Origin: Phoronis australis
Taxonomy: Eukaryota; Animalia; Phoronida
DNA: 37,910 nt
Assembly: GCA_002633005.1 (NCBI GenBank)
Contig: NMRA01000851.1
Span: 83,263 to 121,172, forward strand
Direction of reading: 5' to 3'
The notes under the pieces are model-generated. The model saw only the letters and a list, made by a program, of their open reading frames with translations, ran no database searches and was not told the origin of the DNA. This document shows, piece after piece, positions 29,246 to 37,910 of this stretch. Each line of letters begins with the position of its first letter. Positions within the stretch are counted from its first letter, which is position 1. The position numbers and the translations under genes are program-made.

Positions 29246-32200
29246 TACGTTGATAAATATCTTTCCTGTTTACCGATCACCTGTAATTACATTGTAACGC
29301 TTGTTTTATGTATGTTTTGCACTTTATACCACGTGAAAATGACCTAAGTTGTTTTTATAAACACTTCTGGGCGAAGATACTTCATAACTGTGAACTTTCC
29401 ATAAACCACGTTTCTTGCTAATACATGTAAAACGGGATAACGTAAAACCAAGCAAAATCACGCATCAACGCGAAAGGCGACTGTTTCACTAGTGTGCTCG
29501 AAACTAGCTTATCAGCTCTGCCTAACAAAATGGCGGTCATTGAAATGTTGGTCGGTAAGGTTGGAATGTTGAATTGTGGGATGTAATTCGTAAATCATAG
29601 GATATAGTTCACTGTGTCCGTTCCATAATCAAAGATTTCTTACCACATGTTCAAAGGTGTCAATGTACATTTTTGTCACAACTAAAACATCATTTTGAAA
29701 AAAATTAACAAGTTTTTGGATCAAACGAAATACGACTTGTTGTAAATTAATTCCTTGTCGTTTGGAATTTTTTTGCACTTTTGACATTAGCTTCGAAATT
29801 CGTTGATATTATTTACCTTTACGTCATCGTTATAAGGATATTTCAGACATGCTCTGCAACTGTCAAGAATATTAAAACAGTGAAGTACCATCTTCTTGTT
29901 GTACGAACATCTTGCAATAGTGGTTTTCCTTTAGAAGATCAAAGCAATTAACCAGCCCCGAAGACGCACTTTGTTCGAGGTACGCAACATTATATGTGGT
30001 TGCTGAACTCTGCCATAACTACTCGTACTAATAAAGTGCATTCGTTTCCGGCAATAATTTCCATGGCGGTGCAAGGAAATCTTTGAATGACGATTTCCGC
30101 TGGAAGATTAAAGTATTACTAAGAGCAAGAGCAGTTTTCCTTTGAAATATCACATAAAATCACCAAAAACACTAGATCACCTACTAATAGAAATAGAAAT
30201 GACACTTATTACCTGTACGCTCTATCCAAACAGCCGAGAAACGATCCCCCCCCCCCCACCCCCATACATATTTATAGAACGATCAACCGAAAATGTTTGC
30301 TTTCGAATATCTAACTAAATAAAATGCGACATTTCACGCTTGGAATACATACTCACCAACGCAACTCAACAGTATCAGAACGACTGCACTACCTTCGCCA
30401 AACTCAACTCATAAAGCCTAAGAAATGAAGAAGTATAGTTCTCAATTACCTGTTCACGCTTTCGTCAAATCCAGCACACACGCTCTCTCTCTCAATCATT
30501 TTTAACATCGGTTTGGATTTCAGAATAGAACGTCGATCAATTTACAGTTTATTAGAGCTTGCAAATTGGTCCTTTGTACCTGTCGTTTTTATCTCAGACG
30601 TGTCTGCTCGGTTATTCACGAAAGTAAATAGAGCTGTTTTTGTTTCTTCGATTTTAACTGACATCAGATTCAGCCAATGTCCTCGATACGTTATTTCTTA
30701 TCAGATTGTGAGATGGTTTTCAGGAAATTGTTCAACTCCAGCAGGTAGGCAGTTAAAGCGCGTAAGGAATTTAAAAATGTATATTTCATTGTCATAATCG
30801 CGCATTTTACGCATCGTGTTCTGCGGCTGGTATTTTGTTCGTGCTACTGCAATAGTACCTCAGTGAAAACCGTTAACGTAAATAACTTTGTGTTCAGTCA
30901 GAGTGTTTTAACAATAATGGTTGTACAAAGCAGTTGGTTGACAAAACAGTTTCAATTATTTTGTTTAGCTTGTTCGAGACGATAATGAACAGTTACTGTG
31001 TTCCCTGTATCTTGTGCGCCATTGTGCAATGAATACGCTGTTACGTGTACACTAGACTTAGATGACAGTTACATGTATAAGCACACATTTATTTCTTGAC
31101 TTGCCTCAATTGGGAAAGCATACATATATTATAGATTTATGATTCATATACATGTAATTTTAGAGATTATTTGTCCGTTTCAATTCAGTTAGAAAATTCA
31201 TAAAACCGACTTTAACGCAAGTTGGTTTGGTCAAAGCTTTTAAGCTTAGAATAAAGAATAATCTTTCAACACAATTTCAAATGCTTTCAAGCATAACTAA
31301 ACTTAAGCATAAGTTTTTTCTTTTTCTTCGATTTTTATTCTTGGCGGTTGGAACAATAAGGTTTGCGATAGTGAGTTTCAGCTACCTCGCACATTTTGGG
31401 GTACTCACTCAACTACAGCCACCTGTTGTGATTTCCGCGGAAACGCGGTCCATTTAAAAAAATGACAATATTTGTATTAAAATAATGTTAACACAAACAG
31501 GGCTGGATGTTACGAAATGCTTACATTTTACATGTAGTGATGTCTTTCGACTGACAAAACTCATCCTTTGTTCTCAATTGGTGGAAGTAAAGGACCGAAT
31601 ATCTTAAAGCATTTTTGTCTGAATATTTTTGATTGTCGATGCGCATACATGTACTTCACAAATGAATTCCAAAGTCTGAAAAAATCTCAAACTTGTATTC
31701 AAAAATCAGCGTAGTACAGATTTCTCTAAACCATAATCAAAAAATCTTTTCGCATCAGTTTGCCTGCAGCTTAGAATTAATTATGTTAACGCATTTGATG
31801 CCTTAAACTTGAATATAAATGTTACCAAAGTGTCCTTTAACATAAAGCGCTCGGCAAAACAATAGCTGATCTCCAGTGATACGCATACTTCCGTTTTCAC
31901 AAACACTGGGTGGTAGAACTAGCTATTCTGATTGGTCAAAAAATCTCGCGTTTTCACGCAGATAAATCGACTTGATTTAAAGCTACAAAATCAAAATCGA
32001 TTATGCGCATGTACTAAAATTCCTCTTTGCAATCAATTGTTTGCATGAACTGCTTCACATCCTCAACTTATCGATTTGAACAAACAATTAATCATTATTA
32101 CGACTCTTAATTATATATTTTAAAGCTTAAAAGTATGTCTTTTTGATAACAATTCTTATATCTGATCAATGTCAATCCTTTAAATATTGACTGTTGACTT

Positions 32201-34589
32201 GGCGAGGTGGAGTCAAACGACAATTCACAGGTGAAATCGATTTCCTATCACTTCACTCGAGGGCTATTACCGCATTTATATCTCACGGTAAATTATGTTA
32301 TGGACACATTTAATCTGTCCAATTTCGTTCGTTTAAGATACACATGTATGTGTACCGTTTTAGCGCGCTTTGCAGACTTTCGGAAAAGCCTCACTTGATG
32401 TGATTCCTGTAAAATCTGGGACTCAGAAATTTGCTTTCCTCGAAATGTTCAAGTTGTTCATTTTTTTTTAATGCGGAAGGGTGCCCAGAGTGTAGATCTA
32501 CAGTTTACTCGACAACTATTTCTCACAAGTAGACCATTTACTCCGTGCATTTAAGTTTTACATGTACATGTACGTTCATTAAGGCAGCTCTAGCAATGCG
32601 AACTCCCTCTGAGTCAGGCAGGGTCGCGTTCCAAAGGCCTACTGTACGACACTCGCGATATAAGCTAGTGTGGCCACGTGCTTCGGTTATAATGCATGGT
32701 CATACGGGTATTTCACGAAGCCTTGAGAACGCGTTATTTCGCTTCTCTCACAGGAAATTTAGATTGGCGTTCGTATTACATGTACAATCGGCCTCGGTAC
32801 ATGCGGGTATACGTAAGTGAGAAGGCTTGGGTTTCTTTTTCTGATGCAAACAAATCTAAGTTTGCATTTTTTATTGAACCCGCATAGATCACTGGGTGAC
32901 AAATTAGTCATCGTCGATCGGTTGAGTAATGTAGTGATACACGTATGTGTGGGTACATGGATACTAATGCAGCCTGTGTGATAAAAACTATAACTTTGAT
33001 AAAAAGGACCTCGACACCAATGAGAGCCGCGCCGCCGGACATAACACGGACGTGGAAGGACTACTCGCTATACTTTCTACCTAGAACTGCTTCCTTTGGA
33101 AAACGCTAAAACGCATTTAGGTCAATATTTATTGAAAGTCAGCTTTCAGTAAAAAACGATTAAACAGTCAACACTGAAATACAAGTGAATCGACGATAAT
33201 TCTCGTTTTTAACACTAAATTTTGTCAATCTCTGTGTCTTTTGACTAAACTTTCTTAGACTTACGCCATTAAGTTATGCCGCGACCCTAACTTCAAAAGC
33301 CCATGGGTGAAAATGGACAGACAGACAAGAACATCGACACCATCTTCGGCTCAAGAAAACGACGCGTTGGTTAATACTAAAATTGCGAATTCGAAAATGA
33401 AGCATGTACGCATTTCTTATGATTTCGGGTTACCGGCTCTTTCGACAACAATTCAAGATCGGATAGCAATATTTTTAAATCTCAAAGTGCTTCGCTTGAG
33501 ATGTCAACAATGACAGCTAAACATCGACGAAATGCGTCTTTTAAGTTCTTTTCGAACTTGAATTGTTGGTAAAAACAAACCAAAAACGCCACCCTGACCC
33601 TTAAAAAGCCAGTTTCAATAACACACACACGTGTACAGGTGCTGTTTGCGTAGTCCAGCATTGTATTTCGACGCCAAATTGTTCTAGCCTTGCGGTAGAG
33701 CACACGGCGAGTTTCCTATTTCTGTCACGCGTGATTTATTGGAAATCTCAAGTACACTCGATAGAAGTTTCCAATGAAGTGTTTGTATACGGCGTTTATC
33801 TCTTCAGACTAACACAACAACATTAAGTACAGTACGTTATGATCACGAGAATTGAGACTCACAGTCCATGACTTTTGTACTTCTCCTTGTTTCATAACAT
33901 TACCAAATAGCAAGAGATTAAATATGTTCTTTTCACCATTGGCTTATCGCTCTGTAAGTGAGCACATAAACTGTAGGCAATATGCATGCTACCTCATACA
34001 CGCTGTTGGTTTTGCCGTTGTTGCATCGATGTATCAGGATTCTATCCAAGCCCATTACACTGCATTTAAAATAAAGAACGTTTTCAAGAATTATTTTCCA
34101 CAAGTGTTTGGCACATGACAGTCCGGTTTTCAGTGTATATGCACCTCTTGTTAACTGGGTTTTTAGTAACTATTCTTAATTGTTTGGAATTTGCGTTGAT
34201 TAAGTTATTCGAAAATTGAAAACACGTCGTCATCTATCTTTTGGTAACAGACCAAGACCAAGTTTCAGACACATATAATTTTAAAATTCTTCTCTTGGGT
34301 TTTAAACATGTGTTAAGGGAAACGAGCGCATTCGCCTCATTTCGAAAATTGGCGCCTGGCTTACAATCGCGCCTACACGGTACTACAGTGTTGACAGTCA
34401 CTACAACTTCAACAATGGTTCATGCGTGTAATTCTGATCATTTTATATGCCACAAAAGTGATATTGCGAAACTTACCCCAATGTTACTTGAACCCAGAGG
34501 TGCCAGGTTGTATCCGTTGGTGGACGTCTATCAGAGTATATCTGCTCGTCACCTAACCGTGAAACTTGTATCAACATGAAGAGCTAAAA

Positions 34590-34820
34590 ACCGGTAGGGG
34601 TGCGTGCAAAATCTGGGAGTCAACCGGCACTCGCGTTGCCCGTTGCAACAGTTTAACTGAAAAACAATCTGATAAGCGTCTTTTTCTTGAGTAATTCTCC
34701 ACCTTTTTTATCAAAGAAAAGTATGCCGTCGTTTTGAAAACAGTCGCTCGTTTCACGCGCACGCGCAAATTCCTAAGTTTTGCAACATCTCTCGGGAGAT
34801 GATGATAGCATCGCAGCAGC
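34590..34820 (+). mobile_element. Internal fragment of the same MITE family
   Basis: aaaatctgggag...gttgca.ca.ttta..tgaaaaacaatct.ataa...gaaaagtatg..gt.gttttga...atctct..ggagatgatg...tcgcagcag aligns with 12190-12388. Confidence 0.8.
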
Positions 34821-36615
34821 CGTCGTCAGGAGCCAAGAGTCGAAGAACATCGCATAAAGTCACGTCGTGACAATCGAGTGTCTGTTATTTTTAAATATCA
34901 GACACTTGATACAAATGTAAAATACCGTTTTTTTTTTGCTAAAATATCGACGAGTGAGATTTCGAGTCGGATCAAGGTAAACTCGTAGTCACAATTTATT
35001 ATAGAAATAATCTGTTTCTCGCACAATTTGGTCGCATCATATATCAATTTCGGGGAAAATAACGACCCGTTTATTTTAATTGTTTAATGTATTTCTTTGG
35101 GAATCATTGGTCCAAAACCGATTAAATTCGTGATTTGAAATTTGTTTTTGTTAGATCACGTATTGATGTCAGCAAATATTTTATTCAAGTTCAATACACA
35201 CGCCTGCAACCTCATATAAAACCAGACTAGCCACAATATTCGAAACCTCCCATAATCACGTTTGCGTACACTGATTTAAAAAATACCTACCTGTTCGCAG
35301 AGACCTTTACTTTAGCGCTCGAGATTGATACCCGTTTACAGCGCGAGAGTCAGTGCAACAATGAACCCTCCTTCAGCAACTCAGGTCTAGCTTCATTGAT
35401 GTAAAGATTGAAATTTAATATTTGCCAGTGAATACAATGCAGTAATTAATACGCTTCCTTAAGGAGGCGTTGTGAATATAAATTAAAAAAGTAGAGAAAT
35501 TGACATATGGCATGGGATCAGTGTTTCAAGTGTACACATAAAATCGCATAAAATATTTATCATGTCGTCTGCATTTTACACGCACGTGCCATCACGGGGA
35601 GATGGTTGCTAAGTGGAGAAACGAGGGCAATCTTAATTTTCCCGTTAAAGATGTTGGTTTAATGCGAACCATTTCACGCCATAGTTAAATACAAAAACTC
35701 GTGGAACTCGTTTCTCTACACTAACTAATCGATGAAACTAAAAATTCAGACACTGTTATTGAAAATGTGAAATATTTCTATTCATGAAGGGCCCCAATGC
35801 AACGCTACAGTCACTCAGTTGTACAAACATAACAGTGCATTTCTTGAGACTTCTAGAACACTCCTGAGGAAAGTTTAGCATGGAAACAGCCTGTACGTGT
35901 ACTTCGTAGCGCTCGCAAAGTCATGATATAGCAAAAGTTTTGATACCAAAGTTTTCGCATTAAATTATACAACATGCTGATACTCAGACCATTAACGTGC
36001 GATTACAATGGGTAGATTTGGTCGTTGTAGTTCTAAACAGGTTCGCCCAAAATGGCCCCTAGATTCGAGCAACAACCTCGAGTAAAAAAGAACCAGAGAT
36101 TTTGTGTAAAAGTATAGAGTGTAGATTCGAACTTTTAGAGGAAATGCCGGGAAATGAGAAAGTCATTTTTGTAAATCACAGTGTACTCGAAAAACATAAT
36201 AGAAACTTATCTCGAGTTCGCACGCCAAACGGGAAATGATAAACAAATTCGAGTTCCATTTCGAGTACAGGCCTACTCTGACGTGCATTCACATTTAACG
36301 TTTTGGACGTTGGATAAAACGTCCGATCTGGCTTCCAAATGGACAGCATATACCATACTGGCAGCTGAAGACGGAAGTAAACAGACAAAATACCGCTTTC
36401 CCGTCGTCATGGGGACAAGATTTGATAACACCAAAAATTACTCCCAATAACAAAAAAGCGGCACAATTTTAATAACATAATAGCCTACTCAACTTGTTAG
36501 CTTTCCTATTAATTCAGTACCCTTCAGTAGTATAGTAAGTCATTTAGGAGTCTTATTTTGAGGCTCCTCGGTCAGAGGTCATCCATTTGAAAGGAAAAGG
36601 TCACGTGGTATAACT

Positions 36616-36688
36616 GCGATCGGAAGGGACACCATCCGTCCGGTAGGCAGATGGTGTCGCTTCCGATCGCCTACCAGACGGGTGTGTC
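36616..36688. repeat. Interlocked inverted repeats (hairpin or pseudoknot-like)
   Basis: 36616-36636 pairs with 36650-36670 (20/21 bp); 36628-36648 pairs imperfectly with 36669-36688. Confidence 0.8.
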
Positions 36689-37910
36689 AATGACGTTACA
36701 CCTCATGACGTAATACATGTAGGTTTAATTGGTTAGAGAAACAGCTCGATGCCCGTTTTGCGGCTCCTAGCAACGGATCGAGAATCGAAACAAAAGAGGG
36801 ATGATAATAACAAAACGTGAATTACCTTAGTTCGTGTGCGCCGACTGTCGTGTATATTGTGTGTTCTGTCTCATCAAAAACAAAGGCGTATACAAAAGGG
36901 GATAACCACCCAACCCAACAACAGATGTCGCGTAAAGTCTAACCCAGGCCCCGACGGTACTGAGCGAATCGTACTCATATAATAAGAAGCGACCTGCTAA
37001 CACAGAACATAAAACCGATAGCGTTTAAACGTGTATTAATGACAAACCAACACTACAAAAATCATACGAATAAAAACCTTTGAAAAGGAACAGCTATTTT
37101 TAAAGTCATTTTGTTATTCAGGTCCCGAGGGCGGATTGGCATGGGGGGATGTAATATTTGGTACAACTGAATGTGTGGAAATAACAGGTAATACATGTTT
37201 GGGGAAAAGAGCATGGTGAGGTAATTCTTAACCTTCAAGAAGTCCCTCCAAGTTGATTTCATGAAACTGTTTTGCTACTTGTATCAATTGTAAAAAAACA
37301 AAAATATATTACATTTTCCGAATTCACAGTGACTGAATAGTCTTAACTCATGCCTTGAAATGTTGCAAGTCGTTATAAATTCAAATGACTGCCATTTTTG
37401 TGAAAATTGCATTGATGATGGTGCCTTACGATTTGTAATTACTCTTAAACAACAGAAAGATTATCCATCATTTTTAAATGACCCAAGTCTTCATATCTTC
37501 TATTAGAAGGAAAACGGTTCCCTCAACCTTAGGCTAGAAGTATGCTTGACAGACTCATGAACCTGTAATCTGAGTTTAAAATTGCTGAAAGTATCAAAAT
37601 TAAAAAGGCTTGAAAGGTTTGAAGTTGTCTCAAAAAACTTGTATATTTTACAGACAAGTGATGCGTTTAAAGAATTGTAATGGCTAAGGATAAAGAATAA
37701 AGACAATTTTATGCAATACTCATTATATACACCCTTGGTTTCTAAAAATAGTAATTATTTACTTTTATGTGAAACTGTAGACCAATCACCATATATTTTT
37801 GAAAAACAGGGATAACATTTTTGATCCAATCTGTAGTACTTAATTATTCATATTTCAATATTTGTTCCAGGTTCAGTGACATTTTAAGGCCACTTCAAGC
37901 TGTATCATAG

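Noticed and set aside
30513-37706. Short ORFs in the last 7 kb as genes
   Set aside because: No recognisable domains and no chain of phase-compatible exons.

Overview
AT-rich eukaryotic genomic DNA, probably from an invertebrate (lophotrochozoan is a guess from composition). The ORF track is mostly uninformative because the main gene is split into short exons. The window is dominated by one minus-strand, intron-rich gene for a transmembrane channel-like protein of the TMC1/2/3 subfamily, closest in motif pattern to TMC3. I assembled it by hand from 22 coding exons between 29245 and 10447. All have GT-AG boundaries and matching phases, giving about 2892 nt or 963 aa. Exons 3-18 are supported by TMC motifs; the terminal exons rest only on splice signals and phase. 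The first ~8 kb is a cluster of decayed transposon material: a degenerate THAP-domain ORF, a MITE fragment, a Penelope-like GIY-YIG remnant, a two-exon P2X7-ballast/nanor-like pseudogene and a tRNA-derived SINE. One MITE family occurs three times. Other features are microsatellites, two inverted-repeat structures and a strongly over-represented TACATGTA 8-mer. I found no CRISPR array, rRNA, intact tRNA or clearly novel multi-gene system. The best leads are the ballast pseudogene with its THAP neighbour, substitutions in TMC motifs, and an interlocked hairpin at ~36.6 kb.
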